Positions 1-10,825 of a stretch of DNA of 49,164 bases are shown here, in pieces; within the stretch, counting starts at the first letter, position 1; each line of letters opens with the position of its first letter. The notes under the pieces were generated by a model that was not told the DNA's origin, did no database searches, and saw only the letters and a list, made by a program, of their open reading frames with translations. This DNA is from Parcubacteria group bacterium Greene0416_36 (GTDB lineage: Bacteria > Patescibacteriota > Patescibacteriia > VMEV01). The position numbers and the translations under genes are program-made. Location: NCBI GenBank assembly GCA_007375725.1, contig VMEV01000010.1:1-49164 (forward strand), given 5' to 3'.

Positions 1-156
1 GTTATTCTTTTTCATAGGAAGGATGATTTTAATGGTTACTAAACATTTCCATTATCTCATCCCTTCTTTTTTATTTACACACTTTTAGTTTACAGTACCC
101 CGATTGACGAACAAAGCCGCACCGAAAAAGAACCTTTTGAACCGGTAGCTGTACAA

Positions 157-771
157 TTGGCGGAATACGAAGAGAACGACAAGCGAGTCCATATCATACC
201 TGTGTATGATGGATATACTTGGACGCATGGACTGAATGTCGGCCTCAATGCCATTCGCCAAAATACAGTTAGAAGAATCCAAGGGAAGCCTACCTACGAT
301 TTCATATTCCCTAATTCAACCGAAACCGAATTCACGAAAAACCATCTGAATGCCATGCTAAAAGAATTTGAAAACCCTGAGGTTGTTATGGTAGGAACAA
401 CTTTTGCAGGTAAAACTCCAGATGGAACACCTGTCTCATTGGGCAATTCATACAACAATCCTAGGAATACAGGATTGTTGATCAGGACCGCACTATTTGA
501 TGAACATCTCTTTAGAAGCGGATGGGATCCTTATACCGACAAAATAGGAGGACAAGAAGACTACCACATGAAATTAACCATAGAGATCTTCACATCTCTT
601 CAGATGGTCATGTTAGATCTGAAGGTCCCTCTCATTGTCGGAGTCAATTACGACCAAACCAAAAAAGAAAGGGATGAACAATTAGCAATGCAAAAAATCA
701 ATGACAGAATGAAAGGCTGGTCAACCCAAATTAGACTTATGTTCGGTATGATCGAATTTCCAAAAAGTTAG
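157..771 (+). CDS. Hypothetical protein, possibly a divergent GT-A/GT2 glycosyltransferase; start uncertain
   Basis: 204-aa ORF with TTG start. Segments RVHIIP..G....GLNVGL, DFIF and GWD...GGQED resemble GT2 motifs. The frame stays open upstream to nt 43 with no ATG. Confidence 0.45.
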   Translation: MAEYEENDKRVHIIPVYDGYTWTHGLNVGLNAIRQNTVRRIQGKPTYDFIFPNSTETEFTKNHLNAMLKEFENPEVVMVGTTFAGKTPDGTPVSLGNSYNNPRNTGLLIRTALFDEHLFRSGWDPYTDKIGGQEDYHMKLTIEIFTSLQMVMLDLKVPLIVGVNYDQTKKERDEQLAMQKINDRMKGWSTQIRLMFGMIEFPKS

Positions 772-852
772 ACTCCAAATAGATAGAGAACCAAGTCCTG
801 TTTATCTATCCCCACTAATCCAAGGAATCAATTTTCTTGGATTGTTTATTTC

Positions 853-891
853 AACAAAACACAGCCCGCTAGAGACGGGCTGTGTTTTGTT
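853..891. terminator. Bidirectional intrinsic terminator between convergent genes
   Basis: AACAAAACACAGCCCG-ctagaga-CGGGCTGTGTTTTGTT perfect inverted repeat. Confidence 0.75.
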
Positions 892-925
892 ATTTACCCC
901 CTGTCAAGGGGGAATGAAGGGGAGT

Positions 926-3900
926 TTACACCTCCTTCGGGGCGGTCGAAATTTCGTGCTTTTTTTCAAAGCCTTTGCCCACGGGGATAAGGCGGCCGAT
1001 GATGACGTTTTCCTTGAGGCCTTCGAGATAATCAATTTTGCCGGAAAGCGACGCATTGATGAGCACCTTGGGGGTTTCCTGAAAGGACGCGGCGGAGAGA
1101 AAACTGCTCGTGGTGAGCGCCACCTTTGTGACACCCATGATCAGCTTCTCGCCCTTGGCCAATTCGCGGCCGGCTTTCTTGGCTACCACATTGGCTTCCT
1201 CAAAATCTCCCCATTCCATGACATCGCCGGGGAGCAGTTCGGTTTCTCCGGCATCCTTGATGGAGATACGCGAGAAGAGCTGGCGGATGATGATTTCAAT
1301 ATGCTTATCATTGAGCTTCTGACCCTGAGAAGAATAGATATGCTGAATATCCTTGATGATATATTTCTGCACATTCTCTTCTCCGGCTAGGCGGTAAGAT
1401 TCCGCGAGATCCCATGATCCTTCAGTCAGAGCCATGCCTTTGGCGACCAAATCGCCGTCCTTGACCCAGACCTTGAATCCTACAGGAATGAAGTATTCGG
1501 CCATCTTGTCAGCTTCCACACGGACGCCAACATAGCCGTCACCCATGGTGACCATGCCTCCCCGGGTAGAGACCACCTCTTTGCCGGAAGAATCAATCAT
1601 AATGATATTGCCAGCGCCGATATTCTCTCCGGCTTTAACCTTAATGGATGTTTTGGCTCCCTCTTTCTTGCTCTTGGGAGTGGAATAGAAATATTTATCT
1701 TCTTCGACGTCGCGGTACTTAATGCGCACCACTTTCTGTTTGACCAAGGCCGCGCCTTTCTTGGCTCCGGGAGCCTCAACATCAGCCTCTTCCACCTTGG
1801 CCACGCCGCCCACTTCAGACAAAACAGATTTATGCTTGGGCGGACGCACTTCGAATAATTCTTCCACGCGAGGCAACCCTTGCGTGATATCCGATCCGGC
1901 CACGCCACCCGTATGAAAAGTTCTCATCGTGAGCTGGGTGCCAGGTTCACCGATACTCTGCGCGGCAATAATGCCTACTGCGGTTCCCATCTTAACCACG
2001 GTATTGCTTCCCAAATCCCATCCGTAACATTTCTGACATACGCCTCGAGTGCTGGAACATTTGAGTACCGATCGGACGGTAATAGTTTCGAGATCCAATG
2101 GTTCAAGCTCTTTGAAAACCTGGGTATCAATCAGGGTATTGACCGGGAACAATTCTTTCTTCCCCTTGGCATCCATAATCGGAGCGGCAATGTAGCGGCC
2201 CAAGACTCGGTCCATGATGTTTTTCTTGCCCATTTCCAGACTTTCTTTCTTGGTAATGGTCCAGCCTTCTTTGGTGCCGCAATCCACCTCGCGGATGATG
2301 ACATCCTGAGACACATCCACCAGACGGCGAGTCAGATAACCCGAATTAGCAGTTCGAAGGGCGGTATCGGCGAGACCTTTTCGGGCTCCATGAGTGGAGA
2401 TGAAATACTCGAGCACTCCGATGCCTTCCTTGAAGTTTCCTCGGACAGGAAGTTCGATAATTTCACCAGCCGGGTTATTCACAAGACCCTTCATCCCCAC
2501 GATCTGAATCAGCTGGCTCATGGAACCTCTGGCTCCGGAGTTCACCATGGAAGCCACCGATCCATCGGGATTGAGCGCTTTTTTGCTCAGATCCACGATC
2601 TTTTCCTTGGCCTCGGTCCAAATTTCGATGACCTTGGCATAACGTTCGCTTTGAGTCAGGAGGCCCATTTCATATTGAGCCTGGCACTCGTCCACGCGGC
2701 GGTCGGATTCCACGAACACAGCTTGTTTCTCTGGAAGACTTGGCACATCATCGAGTCCCCACGAGAGGCCAGAGCGAGTGATCCATTTATAGCCAAACTC
2801 TTTGATTTCATCGAGAAATTCTGCGGTTCTCTCGATTCCATATTGTTCAAAAAATATTCCCAATAATTTTTCCACTTCCTTCTTTCCCATAATATCGTTC
2901 TGGAAAGGAATTTCCTTGGGCAAAATCTGGTTGAAAAAAATGCGGCCGACGGTAGTGACAGCAATCCGCTCTCCCTTGGCCGATAACTTATCCAGACGCA
3001 CATTCACTTTCTGGCGAAGACCCAATTTTCCAAGATTGTACTGAATAATGGCTTCCGATTCGTTCAATAATCCGGGACGCACTTCAAGCTGAGTCAATGT
3101 CGGAACCGAAGTCACGTAAAAACAACCCCACACCATATCCTTTGAAGGAGTGGTAATCGGTTCGCCGCGAGCCGGAGAAAGAAGATTCTTTGAGGCCAAC
3201 ATCAGATTGGCCGCTTCCCACTTGGCTTCTTCGGTCAGCGGCACATGAACGGCCATCTGGTCGCCGTCGAAATCAGCGTTAAAAGCCGCGCACACGAGCG
3301 GATGAATCTGAATGGCTTTTCCTTCGATAAGAATGGGCCGGAAAGCCTGAATACCCAGACGATGCAAGGTCGGAGCGCGGTTGAGAAGGACATGAGCGTC
3401 CTTGATGATGTCTTCGAGAATATCCCATACCTCGCTTTTATCCGATTCGATATAACGGGAACCGCTCCTGACATTATGAACGATCCCTGCGGCAATCAGG
3501 CGGCTGATAATAAAAGGCTTGAATAATTCCAGAGCCATTTTCTTTGGCAGACCGCACTGATGGAGCTTGAGATGAGGACCCACCACGATAACGGAACGTC
3601 CGGAATAGTCTGTGCGTTTACCCAGCAAGTTGGCGCGGAATCGGCCCTGCTTGCCTTTGAGCATATCCGCCAGCGACTTGAGCATGCGCTTCTGGCCCGT
3701 GGAGGCCTGCACGGTTTTGGCGTGACGGGCTCCATTGTCGATCAAAGCATCCACCGCTTCCTGGAGCATGCGCTTCTCATTCCTCGTGATGACTTCCGGA
3801 GCTTTGAGTTCCTGCAGCTGTTTCAATCGGTTATTGCGGTTAATCACGCGACGATAGAGATCATTGAGATCCGAAGTAGCAAAACGACCGCCGTCAAGCG

Positions 3901-4861
3901 GCACCATGGGACGCAGATCGGGCGGGATTACAGGCAATACGGAAAGCACCATCCATTCCGGACGTATATTATTCTTGCGGAGATTCCGGAGGAGCTGCAG
4001 ACGGCGGAGAGTCTTATCTTTCTTGGCCACCTTGCTCTTTTGGGCCACCTCTTCCAACTCGGCGATCAGCGGACCAAGCTCGACACGAGACAAAAGCGAC
4101 CGAATCGCTTCCGCACCAATGCCGGCTTCAAAAATATGACTGTATTTGAGAGACAGTTCCTGATAAGAAGCCTCGGAAATAATCTGCATGGGAACCAGTT
4201 CTTTGAGCTCAGCTTCGGTTTCCTCCAAAATGGCATCGAGTTCCGCCATCTTGGCTTCCTGTTCACCTATGGCCACTTTCATAGCTTCAGCCGCATCATC
4301 CTTGTTCAATTCTTTTGCCTCTACTTTAGAATCCATCCGTTTAATTTTTTGATCATACTCAGCCAAAATATTCTTCTTTTTCATTTCATACTCATTTTTA
4401 ATTTCCGCCACTACCGCCATTTTGGCATCTTCATTAACCTTGGTAATGATAAAAGAAGCGAAATAAATCACTTTTTCCAAATTGAGCACCGACAAATCCA
4501 AAATGAGGCCAATTTTGGAGGGCACATTTCGCAAAAACCAAATATGAGAAACGGGAACTGCTAAATCAATATGTCCCATGCGCTCGCGGCGGACAATCGA
4601 ACGGGTGACTTCCACCCCGCACTTGTCGCAAACTATGCCTTTGTAGCGAATTTTCTTGTATTTGCCGCAATAGCATTCCCAATCCTTCGAAGGTCCAAAA
4701 ATCTTCTCACAGAATAAGCCATCCTTTTCAGGGCGCTGGGTGCGATAGTTAATCGTTTCCGGCTTAGTCACTTCTCCAAAAGACCAGGCGTGCATCACGT
4801 CCGGGGAAGCCAATTTCAGGCGTATCGAGCTGAAATCGGTTGTTTTTATGGGCGTAAACAT
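926..4861 (-). CDS. rpoC: DNA-directed RNA polymerase subunit beta'
   Basis: [12 protein letters not shown] catalytic motif, N-terminal zinc finger (CYCGKYK..CDKC), [13 protein letters not shown]. Confidence 0.99.
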   Translation of the reverse strand: MFTPIKTTDFSSIRLKLASPDVMHAWSFGEVTKPETINYRTQRPEKDGLFCEKIFGPSKDWECYCGKYKKIRYKGIVCDKCGVEVTRSIVRRERMGHIDLAVPVSHIWFLRNVPSKIGLILDLSVLNLEKVIYFASFIITKVNEDAKMAVVAEIKNEYEMKKKNILAEYDQKIKRMDSKVEAKELNKDDAAEAMKVAIGEQEAKMAELDAILEETEAELKELVPMQIISEASYQELSLKYSHIFEAGIGAEAIRSLLSRVELGPLIAELEEVAQKSKVAKKDKTLRRLQLLRNLRKNNIRPEWMVLSVLPVIPPDLRPMVPLDGGRFATSDLNDLYRRVINRNNRLKQLQELKAPEVITRNEKRMLQEAVDALIDNGARHAKTVQASTGQKRMLKSLADMLKGKQGRFRANLLGKRTDYSGRSVIVVGPHLKLHQCGLPKKMALELFKPFIISRLIAAGIVHNVRSGSRYIESDKSEVWDILEDIIKDAHVLLNRAPTLHRLGIQAFRPILIEGKAIQIHPLVCAAFNADFDGDQMAVHVPLTEEAKWEAANLMLASKNLLSPARGEPITTPSKDMVWGCFYVTSVPTLTQLEVRPGLLNESEAIIQYNLGKLGLRQKVNVRLDKLSAKGERIAVTTVGRIFFNQILPKEIPFQNDIMGKKEVEKLLGIFFEQYGIERTAEFLDEIKEFGYKWITRSGLSWGLDDVPSLPEKQAVFVESDRRVDECQAQYEMGLLTQSERYAKVIEIWTEAKEKIVDLSKKALNPDGSVASMVNSGARGSMSQLIQIVGMKGLVNNPAGEIIELPVRGNFKEGIGVLEYFISTHGARKGLADTALRTANSGYLTRRLVDVSQDVIIREVDCGTKEGWTITKKESLEMGKKNIMDRVLGRYIAAPIMDAKGKKELFPVNTLIDTQVFKELEPLDLETITVRSVLKCSSTRGVCQKCYGWDLGSNTVVKMGTAVGIIAAQSIGEPGTQLTMRTFHTGGVAGSDITQGLPRVEELFEVRPPKHKSVLSEVGGVAKVEEADVEAPGAKKGAALVKQKVVRIKYRDVEEDKYFYSTPKSKKEGAKTSIKVKAGENIGAGNIIMIDSSGKEVVSTRGGMVTMGDGYVGVRVEADKMAEYFIPVGFKVWVKDGDLVAKGMALTEGSWDLAESYRLAGEENVQKYIIKDIQHIYSSQGQKLNDKHIEIIIRQLFSRISIKDAGETELLPGDVMEWGDFEEANVVAKKAGRELAKGEKLIMGVTKVALTTSSFLSAASFQETPKVLINASLSGKIDYLEGLKENVIIGRLIPVGKGFEKKHEISTAPKEV

Positions 4862-4934
4862 AAATAAGTAAAAAGTTAGAAGGCAAAAGTCACAAGTTTA
4901 AAACTTTAAAACGAGGCGTCTCTGGCGCAAAAAA

Positions 4935-7900
4935 CTACTTTTTCTTTTTAGCTTTGCCCGTGCGTTCATCATCGGACAATTCATGAGTCTGATCATCTAC
5001 TTTGGCGCTGGCAGAATCCAAAAGCTCCACATCCAAACACAAACCCTTGAGTTCGCGGACGAGCACATTAAACGATTCCGGCACATTGAGCTTCCTGATC
5101 GGTTCATTTTTAATAATGGATTCATAGGCTTTGGCGCGGCCCGGCACATCATCGGATTTGATGGTCAGAATTTCCTGAAGCATATGAGCAGCGCCGTAGG
5201 CTTCCAAAGCCCAGACTTCCATTTCTCCAAAACGCTGGCCTCCGAACTGCGCTTTTCCTCCCAAAGGCTGTTGGGTAATGAGGGAGTAAGGACCGATGGA
5301 ACGCTGGTGGATCTTGTCTTCCACCATATGGTTGAGTTTGAGCATATACTTAATTCCAACCGTGATTTTATTATCAAAAGCATCACCGGTTCGGCCGTCA
5401 TACAGCACCATCTGGCCGTCCCGTGTATATCCGGCTTTTTCGAGCTCATCGCGCACCTGTCCTTCCGTGACTCCGGCAATCGGAGGAGTCGCCACCGTAT
5501 ACCCCAGCTTGGTTGCGGCAAGCCCTAAATACGTTTCAAAAAGCTGGCCCAGATTCATACGAGAAATAACACCCAAAGGACTGAGAATGATGTCCACAGG
5601 TTTGCCATCCGCCATAAACGGCATATCTTCCACATTCACAATGCGAGAAATAACACCTTTGTTTCCGTGGCGTCCTGCCATTTTGTCGCCTACCTGAATC
5701 TTTCGGAGCTGGGCAATGGAGACCTGGATGGTTTTGATGACCCCCGAGGGAAGCTTATCTCCCGATTCACGGGAAAACACCTTGATGTCTACCACTTTTC
5801 CATGCTCGCCGTGTTCGAGATACATGGAACTGTCCCGCACATCCTTAGCTTTTTCGCCAAAAATCACACGGAGCAATTTTTCTTCCGGAGACAGTTCAGT
5901 TTCCCCTTTCGGAGTGATTTTGCCCACCAAAATATTGCCCGAAGAAACTTCGGCGCCAATGCGGATAATGCCCTGTTCATCAAGATCCTTGAGCTTCTCT
6001 TCTCCAATATTTGGAATATCGGAAGTCACAATTTCAGGACCGAGCTTGGTGTCTCGGACATCGATGGAATAATCTTCGATATGAATGGATGTATATAAAT
6101 CACGGTGCACCACTTTTTCGGAAATCAAAATAGCGTCTTCATAGTTGCCTCCTTCCCAAGACATAAACGCAACCATGATATTCTGGCCCAAAGCCAATTC
6201 ACCGCCATCGGTGGAGGCGCCATCGCAAAGAGTATCTCCTTTTTTTACCTTATCTCCACGATTGATGATCACCCGCTGATTGAGACACGTCGAAGCATTG
6301 GAACGAGAGAATTTTCGCAAGCGATATTCATGGCGCACCCCTTTAGCAGCTTCGAGCACGATTTTATCACCGGATAATTCCACAATTTTACCGTCTTCCG
6401 GAGCGGTGATTACATGGCCAGAATGGTAGGCCACGGCCGACTCTATGCCCGTGCCGATCACAGGAGCCGACGGATTGATGCAGCAGACAGCCTGGCGCTG
6501 CATATTCGTGCCCATCAGAGCGCGGTTAGCGTCATCGTGTTCGACAAAAGGGATGAGCGACGTGGCAATGGAAAAAATCTGCATGGTCGAGACATCCACA
6601 TAATCAATCTGATCGATAGTCACCACCGACGGCCGGCCATGGTATCGAACCTCGGCTTTCTCAGTGACAAAATAGCCATTATCATCTACCGGAGTGGTCG
6701 CAGGAGTGCTCACATGCCGCTCCTCAGTAAAAGCATCGAGATACACCACGTCATGGGTCACGCGGGGCCGCACAGGAATTTCCACAAGAGTTGTCTTTGC
6801 CAATTTTACGGCTAAATCCTTAGTGATTTTCTCGCCGTCTTTAGCAATAATTTTATCATTAGCAGGATTCTTGATATTCCCCCTTACAATCTCTCCCTCG
6901 GCAGATTGAGGAGCATTAACCACACTTTTAACTACTTTTCTAAATGGGGTCTCAATAAATCCATACTCATTGAGCTTGGCATAGGACGCGATATGGCCAA
7001 CCAGACCAATGTTCGGGCCTTCGGGAGTCGCGATCGGACAGATGCGGCCGTAATGAGTCGTATGCACGTCGCGAACTTCAAAACCCGCGCGGTCTCGAGA
7101 CAGACCTCCGGGACCCATGGCTGAGAGACGACGCTTGTGTTCGAGTTCGGAGAGATGATTGGTCTGATCCATGAACTGGGACAATTGGCTGGACATGAAG
7201 AATTCCTTCACCACGCCCATAACCGGCCGGGCATTGACCAAGCGGGCAGGAGTCAGAGTGGCGATATCATAAGTACTCATGCGGTCGCGCACGATTCTTT
7301 CCATACGAGAAAGACCGATCCTGAATTTATTCTGCACCAGTTCTCCGATGGCACGAACGCGGCGATTGCCCAAATGATCGATATCATCGGCTTCTCGCTG
7401 AGTGATATTGAGATCAATGATTTCCTTAACCACAGCGAGCAAATCCTCGCGGCGCAAAATACGATTCTCCGGAATATTGGAAACCTCAAAATTAAAGCGG
7501 CGGTTGATTTTGTAGCGTCCCACGCGGCCAAAATCATAGCGGTCAAAATTGAAAAACATCGAATGGATGAGAGATTTCGCATTATCCCCGGTGGCCAAAT
7601 CTCCGGGACGAATACGCTTATACACCTCCTTGAGCCCCTCTTCTTCGGTATGGGAGGTATCCTTAGCAATAGAATTTTTGATATAGGAAATTTCAGGATG
7701 CACATCCACGTCAGCAAAGGCAGCCAAAAGCTCATCATTAGTTCCAAAACCAAAAGCGCGGAGAAGGGCAGTAATAGACACCTTGCGCTTCCTATCAATC
7801 TTGGCCCAGATCACGTGATTGGAATCGGTTTCGATCTCAATCCAAGCCCCGCGATTGGGGATAATTTTTGCGCCATAAAATCGGCGGCCACGAAACAGGG

Positions 7901-8330
7901 TAGATGTAAAAAAAATACCCGCGCTGCGAATCAGCTGCGAGACCACGACTCTTTCGATGCCGTTGATAATAAAGGTACCCCGTCCGGTCATGAGAGGAAA
8001 ATCCCCCATATAGATTTCCTGTTCTTTGACATCATTGGTCTTTTTATTAACCAATCGGGTATTGATCCGCAGAGGCGCTTCATAGGTGATATTTTTTTCT
8101 CGAGAAATGGTTTCGGAAAATTTGGGTTCGTCCAAATAAAAATCGAGAAAGGACAATTCTAAATCACGACCGATAAAATCGCGGATGGGAGAGACTTCAT
8201 CGAAGAGCTCACGGAGGCCTTCGCGCAAAAACCAGCTGTAAGAATCTTTTTGAATTTCAATCAAATCCGGGAGAGGAAAAATAGGCTGAAATTTCGAAAA
8301 ATATTTACGAGGGGGTCTCGATTTTGACAT
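4935..8330 (-). CDS. rpoB: DNA-directed RNA polymerase subunit beta
   Basis: SQLSQFMDQ, TPEGPNIGL, GDKMAGRHGNKG and GGQRFGEMEVWALEAYGA motifs; directly upstream of rpoC. Confidence 0.99.
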   Translation of the reverse strand: MSKSRPPRKYFSKFQPIFPLPDLIEIQKDSYSWFLREGLRELFDEVSPIRDFIGRDLELSFLDFYLDEPKFSETISREKNITYEAPLRINTRLVNKKTNDVKEQEIYMGDFPLMTGRGTFIINGIERVVVSQLIRSAGIFFTSTLFRGRRFYGAKIIPNRGAWIEIETDSNHVIWAKIDRKRKVSITALLRAFGFGTNDELLAAFADVDVHPEISYIKNSIAKDTSHTEEEGLKEVYKRIRPGDLATGDNAKSLIHSMFFNFDRYDFGRVGRYKINRRFNFEVSNIPENRILRREDLLAVVKEIIDLNITQREADDIDHLGNRRVRAIGELVQNKFRIGLSRMERIVRDRMSTYDIATLTPARLVNARPVMGVVKEFFMSSQLSQFMDQTNHLSELEHKRRLSAMGPGGLSRDRAGFEVRDVHTTHYGRICPIATPEGPNIGLVGHIASYAKLNEYGFIETPFRKVVKSVVNAPQSAEGEIVRGNIKNPANDKIIAKDGEKITKDLAVKLAKTTLVEIPVRPRVTHDVVYLDAFTEERHVSTPATTPVDDNGYFVTEKAEVRYHGRPSVVTIDQIDYVDVSTMQIFSIATSLIPFVEHDDANRALMGTNMQRQAVCCINPSAPVIGTGIESAVAYHSGHVITAPEDGKIVELSGDKIVLEAAKGVRHEYRLRKFSRSNASTCLNQRVIINRGDKVKKGDTLCDGASTDGGELALGQNIMVAFMSWEGGNYEDAILISEKVVHRDLYTSIHIEDYSIDVRDTKLGPEIVTSDIPNIGEEKLKDLDEQGIIRIGAEVSSGNILVGKITPKGETELSPEEKLLRVIFGEKAKDVRDSSMYLEHGEHGKVVDIKVFSRESGDKLPSGVIKTIQVSIAQLRKIQVGDKMAGRHGNKGVISRIVNVEDMPFMADGKPVDIILSPLGVISRMNLGQLFETYLGLAATKLGYTVATPPIAGVTEGQVRDELEKAGYTRDGQMVLYDGRTGDAFDNKITVGIKYMLKLNHMVEDKIHQRSIGPYSLITQQPLGGKAQFGGQRFGEMEVWALEAYGAAHMLQEILTIKSDDVPGRAKAYESIIKNEPIRKLNVPESFNVLVRELKGLCLDVELLDSASAKVDDQTHELSDDERTGKAKKKK

Positions 8331-8489
8331 AGAATCAAAAAATTCCCGTTTTCCTTATACTTGTGAAATAAAGAGGGCAAAACGAGTTTTTTAAAAATAA
8401 AATTTATAAAAATTTTTGGACTTTTGGGGAGGACATGCGCAAAAATATTCTTCCCGAAGAATATATTGTTTACTAAGGGGTGTCAAATG

Positions 8490-8518
8490 AATATAACAGT
8501 AAATTTAAATAACGTCAA
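8490..8518 (-). promoter_or_regulatory. Candidate sigma70 promoter of rpoBC
   Basis: Minus strand TTGACG-17 nt-TATATT. Confidence 0.55.
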
Positions 8519-8523
8519 ATTGA

Positions 8524-8556
8524 CGGTAGGGGTGGGTTTCCAACCCACCCCTACCG
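8524..8556. repeat. GTAG-type REP-like palindrome; related copies at 9792-9828, 10186-10213, 16348-16377 and 39461-39490
   Basis: CGGTAGGGGTGGGTT-tcc-AACCCACCCCTACCG; every copy starts GTAG/GTAA, folds into a hairpin and is intergenic. Confidence 0.7.
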
Positions 8557-8566
8557 AGGCAAATAA

Positions 8567-9682
8567 CTACTTCTGCACCACTATATAAATATGGTCATCC
8601 ATAGAGGGAACCGACCGCACCCAGAAAGGTGAAAATTCAACAGTGACTTCGCCAACCCCGGGTTTGGAGGCGAAATAATCAATCAATTCCTGGCGAGATT
8701 TGCCTTTGATCGCCTCTTTATCTACGAGAGCGCTGGTTCCTTTGAGGATGCCTTTGGCGGCCATGGAAATTTTGATTTGAGCAGATTTGGCCACGGGATC
8801 ATATTTCTCCAGCTTAAAAGTCAAACTGTCTGAATTGATACCAATGACTTCCATGTCAGTACCCGCCTGACGATACAATTCCTTTTTTGCTAATTCCGCA
8901 ATTTTAACAGGATTCGAAATCAAAACTTGCACCCTGACCTTCATGGCGACCTCAAAATTGGATTTATTATCTCCCGAAGCAGCTGATACGCTTTCGGATT
9001 CAACCAAAACCCAGGAAGCCTCCCGCAAAATGGACTCCCCTACTTCCAAAGCGGATCCGGCCTGCTGGAAAGCGAGATCCTCCAAATCTTTCTGCAAGGT
9101 CGCTTTGGCGGAGGCAATTTCCTGTTCGGTCACGGAATAGACGAATTTTTTACCTCCGGAAAAAGCCTCGGAGCTTTGGCCATAAATAATATTCTCAAAA
9201 GGCTTGCCTAAGCCAGGGACAGAAAACATCCCGGGGGATACATTCCCCTTCTCTCCCTTGTCATCCGCTACGACTTCGACCTCCACTGTGCCTCCCTTGG
9301 GAACTAGAATACGGCGGTTAGTTCTGAAAATAAGCCCGCCGGAAGAGGCAAATCGAGTTTTGGGAACAAGAATTTGATCAGACGAAGATTTGTTGTAAAC
9401 CGTGAGTGTGCCTGTGGCAAAATCATCCGCCCCCGACCCTCCAGGAGCAGACTCGAATTTCTTGGAATCCGACGAGTTGATTTCCAAAACCCGGCCCGCG
9501 ACTCCCTCTTTCTCGGACAAAGAAACCGTTTCAATAAAATCAACGGATAGTTCCGTTTCTTTGGGACGGATGGTGATGGAGGCGTAAGACACCGAAATAT
9601 ATAAAACCACAACAATCACCACCAGGGTCAACCCCGCGAAAGTCAGAGCCAGCTGGCGGTAAAGAGAGACGGAACGATCCAT
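8567..9682 (-). CDS. Membrane-anchored protein with baseplate J-like domain (type common in Patescibacteria)
   Basis: N-terminal TM helix; ATGTLTVYN...L.PKTRF...GLIFRT...VPKGG.VEVEVVAD..GEKGN signature. Confidence 0.7.
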   Translation of the reverse strand: MDRSVSLYRQLALTFAGLTLVVIVVVLYISVSYASITIRPKETELSVDFIETVSLSEKEGVAGRVLEINSSDSKKFESAPGGSGADDFATGTLTVYNKSSSDQILVPKTRFASSGGLIFRTNRRILVPKGGTVEVEVVADDKGEKGNVSPGMFSVPGLGKPFENIIYGQSSEAFSGGKKFVYSVTEQEIASAKATLQKDLEDLAFQQAGSALEVGESILREASWVLVESESVSAASGDNKSNFEVAMKVRVQVLISNPVKIAELAKKELYRQAGTDMEVIGINSDSLTFKLEKYDPVAKSAQIKISMAAKGILKGTSALVDKEAIKGKSRQELIDYFASKPGVGEVTVEFSPFWVRSVPSMDDHIYIVVQK

Positions 9683-9848
9683 ATTAAAATAGGATTTAGG
9701 GTTTAGGATTCAGGAAAGAAACACACACCACAACTCAAGATCATTTAAAAATTACATTCATATTATACCAAAAAAACAAAAACAAAAAAACGTAGGGGCG
9801 GTCCAACGTTACATCGGACCGCCCCTGCATTTATAAAAAAGAATTTCT

Positions 9849-10130
9849 CTAAAGCACCGCATCCTTGCAGGCCTTGGCAACGCGAAATTTGACCACGGTC
9901 TTGGCTGGAATCTGGATCTGGGCGCCGGTGGCGGGATTGCGGCCCATGCGGGCGGCGCGGTCCTTCTTCACGAGCTTACCCAATCCTGGAACCACAAATT
10001 CGCCATTCTTTTTGACCTCAGAATAGGCAATTTCGGTTAAAACACCCAAGAGCATGGCAACATCCTTTTTGGTGTGGCCGGTCTTGGAGGCGACTGCTTC
10101 TAACAACTGAGATTTTGTCATCTTTGACAT
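9849..10130 (-). CDS. hup: DNA-binding protein HU
   Basis: MTKSQL...GLGKL....RAARMGRNPATG..I.IPAK.VVKF. Confidence 0.95.
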   Translation of the reverse strand: MSKMTKSQLLEAVASKTGHTKKDVAMLLGVLTEIAYSEVKKNGEFVVPGLGKLVKKDRAARMGRNPATGAQIQIPAKTVVKFRVAKACKDAVL

Positions 10131-10337
10131 AACCTTTTATTTTAATTATAAAGTTTTTCGAATTTTATTGGATAAGGTATTTTTTGTAAAGACGTGCCAT
10201 GACGCGTCTCTACAAAAAATACCTCGTCCGCAAAAATTCTCTACTTTTATACTCCCTATGATACACAATAAAAAAAGGGTTGCAAGACATTCACTCATCC
10301 ACAGCCCGCCGAAGCTTTAATCTTTTTTTTGGTAAAG

Positions 10338-10598
10338 TCAAATTTTGGCGTCCGTTTCTCCCAAAAAAAGAGACCCAATTTTGCCGTTCAAATCATTGAT
10401 TTGCTTCGTAAAATCAAGGCGGAGCTCTTCTTCTGTACGGACGAAATTCGCGCGCTGATCCACGCTTAAATTTTTATCCGGATCTGCGATCATTGCATCC
10501 AACAAGTCCAATAAGTTTTCCACATAGCGGGACTGTTTTTGGATCTGGCTGTAATAGTAAGAAACGATTTCTTTTTTTTGTTCTTGGGATAAAGCCAT
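10338..10598 (-). CDS. Small hypothetical helical protein
   Basis: ORF from MALSQEQ, tightly packed in the minus-strand gene run. Confidence 0.6.
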   Translation of the reverse strand: MALSQEQKKEIVSYYYSQIQKQSRYVENLLDLLDAMIADPDKNLSVDQRANFVRTEEELRLDFTKQINDLNGKIGSLFLGETDAKI

Positions 10599-10602
10599 AA
10601 AA

Positions 10603-10821
10603 TTATTGCGCCAATTTTGCTCTAGCGGCACGAGTATCGGCGGCATCAACCTCTCTCATTTTCTCCATGATAACTGAGGGCAAAGGAGAACGTTTCAGCT
10701 CAGCAACCCAGCGGTCCGCCAGAGCGACTTTTTCTTTGTCCGACAAAGTTTCCGGTGTTTCCATCTTTTCTTCTGACGGAGCATCCGCTAATTTTTTTTC
10801 TGTCCTAATCTGTTCAGCCAT
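10603..10821 (-). CDS. Small hypothetical protein
   Basis: ORF from MAEQIRT; 4-nt gaps to both neighbours. Confidence 0.6.
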   Translation of the reverse strand: MAEQIRTEKKLADAPSEEKMETPETLSDKEKVALADRWVAELKRSPLPSVIMEKMREVDAADTRAARAKLAQ

Positions 10822-10825
10822 AAAG

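Noticed and set aside
842-8162. Long + strand ORFs antisense to rpoC/rpoB (and similar ones opposite mutS, rpoD and sufB)
   Set aside because: They are shadow ORFs of well-conserved genes with no recognisable motifs.
8567-9682. Baseplate J-like gene as evidence of a prophage or tailocin
   Set aside because: It is membrane-anchored and isolated among housekeeping genes, with no other phage structural genes nearby.
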